A stretch of DNA of 64,000 bases from Eutreptiella sp. 'Long Island Sound 2002' (Eukaryota; Protista; Euglenida). Both the position numbers and the translations under genes were made by a program. The notes beneath the pieces were generated by a model. The model had not been told where the DNA came from. It saw only the letters and a program-made list of their open reading frames with translations, and searched no databases. Shown here in pieces: positions 47,414 through 59,949 of this stretch (position 1 is the stretch's first letter; each line of letters begins with the position of its first letter). Where the stretch lies: NCBI GenBank assembly GCA_964036045.1, contig OZ038378.1, forward strand, positions 29,946,001 through 30,010,000, read 5' to 3'.

Positions 47414-49183
47414 TTAGGTGCCATCCCCCGGCGCATCAGTGGGTGCCTTCCGCTTGGCGCCCCGGGGCCCCTGCTCCGGGGGTGGGGGCGGGGGCAGGGG
47501 GGCAGCGGTGCGGTCCAGCACAAAACAGTGGCACCGGTGCCCCATGTGCAGCAGCTCCTCCTGCACAATGGCCCAGACGCCGCCGAGCGCCGCAACGCCC
47601 TCGTGCACCAGCCGGTGCTCGGTCGTCAGGAGCACGGCGCGGCCGGTGCCGGGGCGGCAGACCCGTGCGAGCTCCCGCAGCGCCGCGTTGTAGAGCCGCA
47701 CGTTGCTCGAGTGCTTGCCGCACCGCTGCCCGAACGGCATATCTGACACGACCACGTCCACGGCCCCGGCGCGCAGCGGCAGCCGCGTGACATCCCAGTG
47801 CACGACATCGATGCGGGTGCCGCGGCAGTTGGTGGCGGCGTGCCCGATGGCCCCGGGGTCCCGGTCCCCGGCGACGTACGCGGCGCCGGGCCACCGCCGC
47901 AGGCCCTGCACGCACACGGACGCCGTCCCGGCCATGGGGTCGCACACGACCATCCCGGGCCGGATCCGACCGAGGCGCGCGAGGCAGTGCGCGACGCAGC
48001 TCTGCAGCGTCGTCGGGCAGAACGACTTCACCCGGTCCCCCGTGTCCTTCCGCCGCGAGATCCGGTTGCCCATGTCGTGGCCGCGCGTCAGGGTCACGCC
48101 CACCACCGCGTCGCCGTGCATGAGCCGGAGGTAGACCTCCAGGTCCGGGCGGTTGAGGTTTGCGGGCCACCCGAACATTTCATTGAGCGTTGCCCCAAAC
48201 TGCGCCGCAGCGAGAACGGAGCGGAATGGGTGGTGCCCGAGGCGTTCGCAGGCGACACGGAACGACGGCAGCCCGGGGCCTGCCCCCCTGGCCCCACGCT
48301 CGCCGGCCCCGGTGCCGTCCCCACCACCGGCGGCCAACGGCGGTGGCAGTCCAGGGAAGCTCTGCTCCCACTTCCGCAGCGCGTCGGCCCAGGCGACTTT
48401 ACGCGGCAGCTCCGCCAGGCACGCGACCGCGGCGTCCTTGTCCTGCAGGGGGAGACCGACGGCGACCTCCACAAACGCGTACACGTTACTGAACGCCGTA
48501 ACTGACTGCACCGCCTCGGGGGCCCCCTCGTAGCGGAAGAACAGGTGCCCGGCGGTGCACACAACCGCCGCACGCGCCAGCTGCAGCTCCTCGACGCAGT
48601 CCTCCACCGCCAAATGCTCGATTCCGAGCGGGATCGTCGCGAAGTAGTTGGGGCGCATGGCGCGAATCGTGGGCCACAGGGCCGCCAGTGTGCCGAGCCG
48701 CTCCTCCGCATGGTGGTGCACAGCCTCCTCCGGCGGGATGTGTTCCGTGTTGGCTGGCCCCTTCACCGGCACTGCCCCCACAACTTGGCTCGCTTTGTTG
48801 GTGACAGCCGCATCCAACGGAATTGCGAACTCCGCTGCCGGGGACATTCCGCTCGTGTTGCCGCCAGTGCTCTGCACTTGGATCGCGAACTGGTACCGCG
48901 CTCCCGGCAGCAGCCCCGGCACGACGATGCTGCGCCGGCGCTTCTTGTCCCGGCACACCTGCCGCCAACTCCCCCACGCGCCATCGTCCCAGGCGCGGGA
49001 GAACACGATGTAGGCGAACACGTCGCTGTGCTGCCGCTCCCCAACGGTCTTCGGGTCCCAGCCCGGTGCATTGCGGGCCTCGGGCCACTCCAGCATCACA
49101 TAATTCCCCTTTTTGTAGTGCACAACAGGTGCTGCCTTGACGTCAGGCGGCGCAATTGAAGCGGCGGGGCTCTCTGCGTCCAT
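47414..49183 (-). CDS. tRNA (guanine-N2) methyltransferase, THUMPD3/Trm14-like, with N-terminal FN3 domain; 589 aa, intronless
   Basis: THUMP region (SFRVACERLG.H.F.S, NLNRPDLEV), motif I VVCDPMAGTAS, motif IV VDVVVSDMPFG. FN3 pattern VMLEW...VVPGLLPGARYQFAIQVQS. Very GC-rich uninterrupted ORF. Confidence 0.9.
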   Translation of the reverse strand: MDAESPAASIAPPDVKAAPVVHYKKGNYVMLEWPEARNAPGWDPKTVGERQHSDVFAYIVFSRAWDDGAWGSWRQVCRDKKRRRSIVVPGLLPGARYQFAIQVQSTGGNTSGMSPAAEFAIPLDAAVTNKASQVVGAVPVKGPANTEHIPPEEAVHHHAEERLGTLAALWPTIRAMRPNYFATIPLGIEHLAVEDCVEELQLARAAVVCTAGHLFFRYEGAPEAVQSVTAFSNVYAFVEVAVGLPLQDKDAAVACLAELPRKVAWADALRKWEQSFPGLPPPLAAGGGDGTGAGERGARGAGPGLPSFRVACERLGHHPFRSVLAAAQFGATLNEMFGWPANLNRPDLEVYLRLMHGDAVVGVTLTRGHDMGNRISRRKDTGDRVKSFCPTTLQSCVAHCLARLGRIRPGMVVCDPMAGTASVCVQGLRRWPGAAYVAGDRDPGAIGHAATNCRGTRIDVVHWDVTRLPLRAGAVDVVVSDMPFGQRCGKHSSNVRLYNAALRELARVCRPGTGRAVLLTTEHRLVHEGVAALGGVWAIVQEELLHMGHRCHCFVLDRTAAPLPPPPPPEQGPRGAKRKAPTDAPGDGT

Positions 49184-50883
49184 CCGGATTTGGGAGACTT
49201 CAGTGCGGGGGGAGTGTATCAGAAGGAGGCCGCTCCGTCCTCAGCCATCTGCCCTGGAAACCAAACACAGCCAAAGCCGATGATCCACAGAAATTGACAG
49301 CACACCACACCACACCACAACACACAGTCTCGCTCTTTAGCACCAGCCCTGTCAGGAAGAAACGCAGTAGCACTACTGGCAACACGATACAAAATATCAC
49401 TGATGAATGGATTCATCACAGCCATGATGTGGCTTTGGCAGGCAGTCTGCATACTACAAAGTTTCACTTGGTCCCTATGCAAAGTTTGTGTGTGCATACC
49501 CCCCCCCTTGTGCAAGCACGGCCGCGAGGTTCCAAAAGTCCAGGCAAAACAGTGGTTCAATGCCCACTCTGTGCTTGCGCAAAGGGGGGGGGGGGGTATG
49601 CAGGTAATTCCACCAGAATGGAAACCCACCAAAAACCACCAACCATCTTTGTACAAAAGGGCAAGCCTTGCACGATAGAAGCCATACACATTCCTGTTGG
49701 GCTTTGCTTGTGTACTTGGGATCAAATAGTACATCAAACAAAGATCCACAAACCGAGCATATGGGCATGCTGTTGTTGTAGTGTGTCACAAATGGGGATT
49801 ATGATTGTAAGGTGACAATCTTTGGGACAACCAACTCTCACATGGAGAGAGATGAATGTACTTGTCATCAGGTGATTTCTCAAAATCCAACCTCCACCTA
49901 CAAAGGAGCAGAAGGGGTGAAGAAAAGGAGAGGAGTAATCTCGTTGCAAAGTAGATGTGTGTACACTACATATGCATTACTATTCAACTTGGGTATGTTC
50001 TTGTACAGACGTTGTACACACCCCACGCACTGCACGCAACAATCTGTGGGATGAGCAAGGGTCCAAGTTGTGATAGCCTCATGACTCCTTGCCCAATGAG
50101 GGCAAGGTAGCAGATTGTGTTGCCTCGAGGATCCTTGGAATGTTGATTGTGCCAGAGACAAGGGTTGTGTCCTATCATTTGGGGAAGGGAGACTATAGAG
50201 GCGGCCGTCAGCCAAGTGACGCTGTTGTGGGATTGGGATTGGACCCGGGGGACTGGTGGGTGGTGTCGCAGGGGTCCAATGGGGAGGGGGGGAAGAAGGG
50301 GAAGAAGGGGAAGAAGAGGAAGCGGGAGCAAGAGGGGGGCACCTTCCGGGTGGCGGGGGAGCTCCTCTTCCGCACCCGGGAGGAGGCGGAGGCCCACCTC
50401 CGGGAGGCCTTGGGGGAGGGGGACGACGGGGATGACGAGGGGGGCGAGGGTGGCGACAAGGGGGGGGGGGGGGTTGCAAGGGGGGTGAGGTGGGGGGTGA
50501 CAAGGGAGGTGAGAGGAAGGGGACACGGGGGGTGAGAAGGGGGGTGCCGGGAGCAAGGGTGAGCCCCGGCAACCCCCCACCACGCAGGAGGGGTAACCTG
50601 CGTGTCGCGACGCGCGAATGGGGGCCGGGGGGGCCAGGGGGGGTAATCGGGCTAACCAGGCTAATTGGGCTAACCCACCACCAAGTGACCCGGCGCCGGC
50701 CCACCAAGTGACCTTCCAAGTGACCTATGGGGTGCGGTGGGGGGCTAACCGGGCTAACCGGGGGGTGGGGTGGGGGGACCCGGCGCTCCGTGAGTCGGGT
50801 CCAGCATCGGGACCCTGTGATTGGCCACGGCTGGCCATGGTAGCCGGGGCAGCTTCTCTTTGAGGAGTGGCGGAGCATTCAGC

Positions 50884-51170
50884 TATATTGTCCTAGCGGC
50901 GTTCTAGCGAACCGTTATAGCGGCGTTCTAGCGACGCTCGCTAGAACGTCGCTAGAACGCCGCTAGAACGAAATTTTTTGGACTCCAAAATCAGGTGAAA
51001 ACAATGAAATTGTGAAACAAAACTATGGGCCCCCGAGTACGGATAGGGGGGTCTAGGTTAGACGCCTCAACCCCCCCCCCCCCTGGGGGGGGCGGATCCC
51101 CCTCTTTTTTTCGTTCTAGCCGCTCTAGTGGCGTCTAGGCTAGAACGAGATGGGGTCTTCTAGGGTGTAC
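50884..51170. mobile_element. Partial copy (right end) of the GTACAC-terminated MITE
   Basis: Homologous to 55850-56143; GTTCTAGCG/CGCTAGAAC internal repeats; ends GTGTAC|CAAG. Confidence 0.65.
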
Positions 51171-51999
51171 CAAGGGCAGGGCCGGAGAGTAGCCATAAGA
51201 GGTGAAACGCATTTAGCCGAAAGTGCTAGGAGGGGCCTAGCTGACATCACTGGTCACCAAGAACATCATTTCCTTTGGTACATTTCAAAATGTTGCATAG
51301 TGACCATTGCGCGTGCTGGGGGGGGGGGGGGGGTCAATCGTGGTCGGTAACAAGATACTGGATGCCCCGCCCAGGCAATTCCAGCCAATGTCCAAAGGGT
51401 TCAATCTCGCACAGGCAAACACAAACTGCTATGCTACAGATGGCTAAGTACAGAAGTGACCTGAGTGGGACATCTCTGAACCTGAAATAGCCCCAGAAAA
51501 ATGCCGTCCCCGTGGGCACAACAGGGTCCCGACCAAAACGCCCTAGGGCAAAAGCACCCGATCCATGTACGCTTTTCTCATATTGGGATCAAATGGGGGG
51601 GACAAGCCACCAGAGGGCTATCAGCAGCCCACACAGGGCCCACCCACGCCCACAGTGCAATCACTGGGCCTCCAGAGTTACCGTCCGCGCCTCTGTCAGT
51701 TATCTCCTTGCCAGCCGTTTGCCCCTGTCCGGGGGCTATGGCAGTATAGCTAGTGTAAAACCCCTGTTCCAATTATGCAATGAAGAGCAGGGAGTCGCTA
51801 GGAATGTTCACGTCCAATTGGAAAAACTTGATATGGAGAGGCGTAACGTTAACGGCCCTCGGCGCTACCTAGGATGTGTACGCCTTATGGACTGTCTGTG
51901 TGACCAAATCTGAGTGCAAGAACGACTTCATGAAAAGGGCTAAAGGGCGCCACCTCAAGTCATGGCCATGGCTGGTCCCATGCCACCTTTAGATTCAGA

Positions 52000-53650
52000 G
52001 AGGTCTAGGATGTCGTGTGTCAGGCCCCAAGAATTAAGGCCTGGAGCTATATTGTAGACAACTTTCAGGGCATCCACCACTTATTTGGATCACTTTGGCT
52101 GGGTACACTAAAACCAGCAGAATCCACATGTAAGACATGTAAGCCAAAGGCACTGTCCTGCAGTGTGAGCTTCCAGTGCTGCATGGAATGGGCCCTCCCA
52201 AGAGGTTTGTGCATGGCTAGGGCAAAAGCTTCTTTTGGGGTCACATATGCTAGCTCAATGCCCAAATATTTATAGGAATCACAAATGGGGATTTCCGTTT
52301 CATGCAGTAGTGTTTTTTGGTGATCAAACTAGTCCCCTAGTAGGAGCAGTGACTGTTTTGAATTTGTCCGCAGGACACAAAAGGCAGAGAACTGGCGGAG
52401 GAGGAGTGCTGCGCATTGGATGATGATAAGAGTTGCCTGTGGTGGGTTGGGGTTTACGATGATTAACACATCGTCGGCATACAGCAAGACGGAGACAACT
52501 GGCCAGACCTTTTGCAAATAAGATGCGATGGGGGAAATCAAGAGAGCAAACCTATACAGGGACAGTGGGCACCCTTGTCTTATCCCCAAAGTGGGGTGCA
52601 GCTGTGTGTGTACCATCACAGAGTCATGTACAATAAGGGGCCATTGGGGCCTGACACGGCGGCAATAGAACATCGATAATTTCCGTGGGCAATTCGATCA
52701 AATGAAAAAAGCAAAGAGAATGGTACGCCTTGCGGAAGTCTACCGGGCAGAAAACCCCTTCACTGTTTGTATGCCATTCCCGAAAAGATTGCCAAATGTG
52801 ATCAAAGATACATCGTCCTTTAGTCAACCCTTTACCTGTATTGGGGTCAAAACATTAGTGAAATCTTGTAGTTGCAAGGAAATGGCAGGTGTGTTGGAGG
52901 ACAAGGGGGCATAGCTCCTCACAGGGGACAATGCCATGCGCCTTCGGTATTACGTTTGATAAAGCCAAAGCCCATTCATCGTTGATTGAACTTGTCTGGT
53001 AAAAGTGGTGCAACACCTGATGCATGATAGGGGCAAAAACGTCGGCAAATGCGGCATAAACAGAGCATGGAATACCATCAAGGCTTCGGGCTGAGGTCCG
53101 ATTGAGGGCTAGCAGGGCGGCGTGCACTAAACTTGTGGAAAGGCGCTTGATTAGTGTTCTCGCCATCAAGAGGGATGTTTTTCTATTTAAAAAACGGGGC
53201 TGAGGAAAATATGGCACTCTGGCATATAGGTCTCCCTTTCACTGACATAGTGTGTTGCCAAAACCGAGATATTTCATGAGCAATTTTATCCGCATCAAGC
53301 AGAACCTTACCCTGTCTGTCTCGGATGGAGGCTAGTTTATGCTTCATCTATAGCTCTTTCACCAATCTCCACACCTCTTGCCGTTTACACTTCAAGGACA
53401 TATCAAACGGGTCATGGATGATGGTTTTGAGTTTTTCCATGATGGCGTTATAGGACCTGTATCGCCAGTCTTCGACCAAGCGAACTAGGAGGGAGTATGC
53501 TGCCTGTGGGTCACGTACAGACTTATACCCTTTGGACCACAAATAGTGCCAAGTCCAGGGCCATGAGGCAACGGATACTGGGCTCGCATACGCCCCCGTG
53601 TCACAGGCGCATGGTTATCACCACTCAGTTCAATGTTTTGCCATCGCTGC
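52000..53650 (-). pseudogene. L1/Tx1-like LINE ORF2 reverse-transcriptase region
   Basis: SARSLDGIP, VIPKAHG..PLVLQ, VDFRKAY, GIRQGCPLS, LLYADDVLII. Confidence 0.85.
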
Positions 53651-55148
53651 ACTGCCAAGTCTAGGGGGGGCGGGGGTCTCTGGCAAGAAGACTCCATGAG
53701 GAGGACATGTAGCTCTGTGAAACTTGTGGCCGTTTGCTAGAATCCAAACTCGAAAGCAGAGGCCCGTATGTGTGAAATGGCTTTGCCCACCACGTTGTCC
53801 CATCACTAGAAATCTTTTTTCATCAAATAGGCCGAACTGAAAGTGCCGAAGCCCGAGGGCGAGTTCAGGGTAAATACAGGTTTTGGCAGTGCCAGGGTGT
53901 GCATATTGGATCCAACTCAAGCATGGCCCCAGAGTACGAAGGGAGTAGCTGGGGCGTGGTCTGTGGCGATGCTATGCCATTGGGATGTCCGGGCCGGTGT
54001 TAGTTGTAGTTAGTCGGGAGGGTTTCCCATTCAATGGGGTCCCAGTGTGCTTTAAGGCGTTTGGGAAAGGGTTGTAGTGGGATTTCCCAGGCAGACGGGT
54101 CGCATTCCTCTCTGTGTCGCTTGCGCTGCAAGTATAGTTGTTGGCTCATTGGTCGTGTCGTTGTTTTGTTTAAAGTGCGTTTTGTATGGTGGGCATGCGC
54201 AGCTCGCCTCTCGCGGTACATCAAGCCGAGGATGTGGTTCCGTATGGCTTGTGTGTGACACTATCTTGTACGGTATGGATCCTGTAATCTGTGTAGAAGT
54301 TGTACGTAGTGACGTGTTGGGCAGATAACTGTCGTGCTGTCACAGTACAAGGCACTCACTGCATGTTTGGCTGTGTAGTACAGGGCTTCCGTCATGAGGT
54401 GGAGTGAAATCACTTAGTGTCGCATGCGTACAACAAGCAGTTGATCGTGTAGGTGGCCAGTCGCTAATTAGTGGTACGCCTGCTTGGCTCCCGAGGCTTC
54501 GTCGTAAAGTGATCTTAGCCCGCGGATGTGGTGCATACCTCGCACCCCAAGGCAGTCGCATTGGTAGGTGCTGGCTATCGTAAACAGGTGGGTCCGGGTG
54601 ACATCCTCCATATAGGTGCAACTAAGCAGCCATCGGTTGTGCAGTGCATTGAGAATCCTAGGCTTCTTGCGGTATTGTTTCTTGGCCTCTACCTGTTGGA
54701 GGACGGTGCGTGCAAACCACTGTATCATTTCCGAGTTGTTGGCTTGTCGTGCCTCTTGAATCGACGGGTCCAAGGTGATAACGGGTGTGTTATGTTTTTG
54801 TGTTTGTTTGCGTTTTCGTGCACCGCTGGGTGCTCCGGCCATTTGACGTAGGTTTCCTGGGTGTTTTCTTGCGAGAGTAGTGCTGCGCGACGAAGCGCGT
54901 GAGCTAGAGGGGCGAGGGCGGCAAGTCCGGAGTGGGTCGAACCAGTGTGCGTCGGAGTCCCTGCACGCCCTAGATTGCCCGGAGCCGGAAGAGTCCGGCC
55001 ACTAAGCGGAGTTTGTTTCGCTCGTGGGGGGGGGGGGGGGGCTGCTTCCACCAGCGAGAGCGGGATAAGGAGGCCGGTGCACAACCACTTTTTGTGGTCC
55101 CATGCAGCCCCATCACCAGAAATCTCCGATAGCTTGTCCTTGCCCTTG

Positions 55149-56143
55149 GTACACGCTGGACCACCCAATTTCGTTCTAGCCTAGAACTTCTATTCTAGAT
55201 GTTCTAGCCTAGAATGGTTCTCGCCCAGAACACAAATCGTTCTAGCCCGGACTGGTACAATACGTAGAAGATAAAAAACAAATTATCACAGTGGGTTGGG
55301 GGGTGCATGACACACACACTCATAGCAACCCACACACTTGACACATGCATACACATGTGCCCCCCCCCCCCCCCCACCAATAGTACACTAGACAACCCCA
55401 CACAACAGACACACATGGTGGGGAGGAGGGAAGGAGTAACACACCTACCTCTTGGAGTCACTTTGTACGCACTTCTTAATTCACTTCTGAAGTCAACCAA
55501 TTCAAAAAAACAAAAGCACACTTGCAAAAAGGTAATGGATACCTTCCCTAACCTTAAGCACCACAAGCAGAGTAGCCCCACAACCCAGATTACAATGTGG
55601 AAAGGGGGGGGGGGTGATAGCTTGACACTCAGAGGGTGCTTGTGCGGTGCTTGTGGCCGGCCTCTTACCCCACCCTCACACTTGACATCTTATGTTGTGT
55701 GTTGTGTCTATGCTAAGCTGTGCGTGTGTGCGGTGGGGGGGGGGGTATGTGTATGCATGCGTCAAGTGTGTTAGTTTCCATGTGTGTGTGTGTGTCATGG
55801 AACCCCTCCCACACACACATTGGTGTCCTTCGCTTGCCAAAATGTTTGAATGTTTTTGTTCTAGTTTCCTTCTTAGATGTTCTAGCGCCGTCCTAGGGAG
55901 CGGCGCTAGAATGTCGCTAGAACGTCGCTAGAACAAAAACTTTTTCCATTCCACTTTCAGGTCAAAACGCTAACATTGTGAAAAACAAGCCCTAGGCCCC
56001 CAAGTACTGATAGGGGGGTCCTAGTTGGATCCCTTATATCACCCACCCTTGACCCCCACGGGTGGGGGTAACCCCCTCTTTTTTTCGGTCTAGCCTTCTC
56101 GCGCCACTTAGGCTAGAACGAAATTGGGTCTTCTAGCGTGTAC
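55149..56143. mobile_element. MITE, ~35-bp TIRs GTACACGCT(G/A)GA..ACCCAATTTCGTTCTAGCCT
   Basis: Inverted termini read directly; flanks CTTG / CTAG (4-bp TSD candidate with one mismatch). Confidence 0.75.
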
Positions 56144-56659
56144 CTAGGGTGATACTGGCCACCACCTCTTCATTTTCTGGGAATGAGGTGGGGCATCTTT
56201 TTCGACTATTCCCGGGAGCAGTGGTGGTGGGGTGCAGTGCCAAAAGGAGCAATTTGTGGTCTCATTCCCCCAGAAAAGGTGGGGTCTATAATGTAGCCTT
56301 CCAAATTGTGGGGCACATGGATTCTGTCCATCCGTCGCCTTCGGTCACCATTGACCCTGGAGTGTTTCCTTGCATATTGAAATGGTCCGCCTTTTGACAT
56401 TTAGAGTTTTGCAATGGTGTGGTCTATTGTGTGGCATCCTATGGCAGTAAAGCAGGGAAACCCAAGGCCCATCCATGCAGGTCAAAGTCCGTTGGCGCGC
56501 CCGTGTACATGCAAACATATGCGTCCACTTGGCTCGGCTTCTTTGGGACCGTAGACTTTTATTCTCTAGCTTCTAGGTTTGAACTCTGCGTTGAAGAGGC
56601 TCGGGTATTTGCTATGTCCATGATTGGCAAGAGGAGCGAATTATGATTGCAAAGCAAGA

Positions 56660-59600
56660 TGGGCCATGAGGCAACGGATACTGGGCTCGCATACGCCCCC
56701 GTGTCACAGGCGCATGGTCATAACCACATATTTCAGTGTTTTTCCTCGCTGCACTGCAGCGCAGACCAGTTCTGTACCACTCCAGGTGGCTGCTGACTGT
56801 GCTTTGGCCTTGGCCATCTGTACATCGAGGTCAGCTCGCACCCACCACCCTCCCACAGTGCCGGTTAGTCTCTAACCCTTGCCCTGCAGGTCTTGCTCTT
56901 GCTGCCCCTGTCTTGCTCTTGCTCTCTGGCACGTGAAGACGTGTCATATCCGAACTCCGGGGGCGCAAAGGCGCCTTTGGGGGCGCAAAGGCGTCTCAAC
57001 TGTTTCCCCTGACGTGATCACCCCCTTGAGCTTGGAGAGCGTTTCCATGCCCGTTCTGTCACGCTGTGCTTTTTCATATACCCCAACCAGGAGGGTGTAG
57101 GCCGTTGATGCTTGCTTCTGTTGCTGCAATTCCCAGTGATGATAGAAACTGATAGACCACCGGTGTGACGGAGTCCCTTGTGGAGACACGTAGGAGCCGT
57201 AGAGCTTGAAGTTCAACTGACTGCTTTTTGTTTTTGTGTTCCCTTTGGTAACTGACCGCCTTCGTTTGGATGCAGCCCAGTGCATCTTCCCACCATTGAT
57301 CTCCCGTCGAGGTGATAGACTTGAGGGAGGTATCCAGGTCTTCCATTGCCTCGGAGTCTTGGAGGATTGTCTCTGGACGGTAGAATCTGGGGATCGGGCC
57401 TTCCGTTTCGAAGGGTGGGGGTGTGAATTCAGCCAAGATTGCCCTGTGGTCTGAGTTGGCAGCAAACATGGGGTACACGCTTGTCGCCAAGCTCAACAGT
57501 TCCGATGTCGTGTGTATGCGGTCAATGCGGCGTAATCTCTGTGGATCGAGCCGCTCTCCTTCCCGAGGGTAGCCGTACGTGAAGCCCGTTGGACACGATG
57601 ACTCTTTGTCCTTGATATCCGTCAAAGTTGGACAATGGATGTCCACCCAAACGTCCTGCAGACCCGCTTTCGCCAAGGTTGCAACCTCTTGTTCCCGGGC
57701 ACGTAAAGACGTGTCATGCTCAAACTCTGGGGGCGCAAAGGTGTCCCTATGTTTCACTACTAGACTATTGTGATCAGCACATAAAATCAGGTTCGGTCCA
57801 TGCAACGCCTTGGCGATGTCTTTCCATTGCTACTGTCGTCGCGTGTGCTTGTGATGGAAATGGACCACCACTAAAGTGATCTCTGGTGGACCACTCGACA
57901 GTGAGGCTTTCAGCGCCATGGGAGCCAAGAACGTCATTGATTGTAATGTCCACTTGGATGTTTTCCACGCCAGTGCCACTCCTCCCCGTCCTTCTTCATG
58001 CAGTGGTCCGTCCAAGCCATACCCGTACTTTGATAGGCACCGCGTGCCCGCCTGACGATCCTCCGCCGTGACGAAGTGGGGCTCTTGGATGGCGAAGAAA
58101 TCCACCTCCAGGGACCGAAGCAGTGACCCTAGAGCCACTATCCGAGTTTGCTTTCGCTTTCTCATGGTTATTTTTGTTTGAAGTCCATTGACATTTTGGG
58201 ACAAAACTCTGAGCGTGCTGCTCAGAGGGATGCTTGATGCAGACGTCATCTTGCTACTCCATTGGACGACGAAGCCTCATCCTCCTTCAAGTCCCGCTTG
58301 CGTTTGAGGGAGCTGATGACCTTGTCGACTTGATCGTCCAACTCCATGGCCTTGGCCATTTCACCCGCCGTGATTAAGCCTTGCTTGTGTGTCTTGGCGT
58401 CATCTGTGCTCCTGGGCCGGTCTGTGATACGCTTTTTGCGCGCCTCATAGTCCGCCTCGGAGATCACAAACATTGGAGGCATTCCAGAATCCAACAAGTA
58501 GACTTTCCCAATTAGCTGTGACACACTTTCCCCGGTCAGCCGCCATGTGGCCGTGCGCATCTCCCCAACACTCCACCTGACACGGTCTGCGATGTATCGG
58601 CACGGTACCGAAGGAGCAAGGGCCTCAGTCAGATCCGAGAGATACCACCAAGGTGCCACATCCAAGATGTACACTGTGCCCACCAGTTCCTTCTTCCACG
58701 TCGAGGGGACAGTGGGCTTGGAGATGATGTCTCTGTCGAGGAACTATCCTGTCTCCAGGTCCTTGAAGACAGCCCCGATGGCCGCCACCAGTTCACGATA
58801 CCTTGTCTTCAACAGCGAGTGCCCAGTTTCTGTGAGACCCAGCAGTAGCTTACTTGGGCCCAACACATGGATTTTCACTGGCGACTGCGCTTGCAAGACG
58901 CCCGGGATCGTCCAGAACATTGCGAAAATTGAGGCATACAGCATGGGCGACCATGTTCCCTTGTGTGTCTTCTTTATCCAGACCTCATAGACAGCAGACA
59001 TGTTTGTCAAGTTGGCCCCGCGATACCATTCCACTGGCTAAATCTGGAACCTTGGCTTGGACCCGAATTGTGAAACCACGGTATTCACTTGTTCCTCATT
59101 CAGCTCCGTGAAAAACAACTTTGAGTTCCGTGGGTCTGTTCCCGGAAGGAGATGGACTTCATCAAAGTTCAGGCCGATAGACCCCAACAGCCCATTCATC
59201 GGGTCATTGTGGACCTGGATGGCGTACTGATTGTCCCGCACATCTAGCTCATGGAACACCACTTTGTCAACCTCTGCTCCAGGTGTCATAAGTTGCAGGA
59301 GCTTGTACGTTGGGGGCGGCGACAGGTTCATGGAGTCCCTTGTGCTGCTCGCAATCCAGACATCAAATCGACCATGTGTGCGTATGTGCATGAGAGACCT
59401 CTCTGCCATTTGCAGCTTGTCGCACCCGAAAGGCAAGTTGGAATTGAGGGCGAGTGCCCGATTGAGAAACGATGGCTTGTCATCATCGTCGCTAACAGGT
59501 TCAAGCAGGATGGCAACAAAGCGGCCCAGCATGGGCAGATGAGTAAGCAGCCTCTTAATTGCATTTTGCATTTTTTCATACTCAGTCATTCCCCCAACGA

Positions 59601-59949
59601 GCACAACGTTGGGGCGACTGCCGTAAAGGACGGCAGCTAGTTTTTCGGACGAGTCGCAGTCCTTGAAGAGGTGGAACGACAGGGAGGCAGCCTCTGTAAC
59701 TCCACTCTTCAGCACCACTTCGTCCTAGATGATGTAATCGGCGTCATCGATGGCTGCCAAACACGCCAATTGGCCGGCGTCGGCAGGGACGATGACCTCA
59801 TCGCCTGGTGTGGCCGGACGGGCTTGGGTGTCCTGGACACTCATGCGGTCAGGGGACAGGGAGGTGACGTCGGTGGCAAGCTGTCAAGGGCCAGCGGCCC
59901 GGGCAAGCATGGACAAAAAGAAACCGAAAAAAAATAGACACTCAGAAAG
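56660..59949 (-). mobile_element. 5' part of an L1/Tx1-like LINE: ORF1 (59910-58246, disrupted) and ORF2 APE endonuclease (from 58249)
   Basis: APE motifs SQNVNGL, AIQEPH, LCADHNS, RRIDRIH, NSDHRAI. The ORF1 stop TGA (58246-58248) overlaps the ORF2 ATG (58247-58249). Confidence 0.85.
59925..59949 (-). other. Relic spliced-leader exon (CTTTCTGAGTGTCTATTTTTTTTCG)
   Basis: 25 of 26 nt match the Euglena SL exon ACTTTCTGAGTGTCTATTTTTTTTCG as recalled from the literature; 14 nt upstream of the LINE ORF1 ATG at 59910. Confidence 0.85.

Noticed and set aside
47418-49159. Long overlapping ORFs on other frames and the opposite strand of the THUMP gene
   Set aside because: Expected shadows of very GC-rich coding DNA.
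49219-49749. WFLVGFHSGG resembling a trypsin-like protease C-terminus
   Set aside because: Single short motif with no catalytic Ser/His/Asp context.
59925-59949. Functional SL RNA gene
   Set aside because: No tandem array, 5S gene or recognisable SL intron/Sm site; it is followed directly by a LINE ORF1 start.
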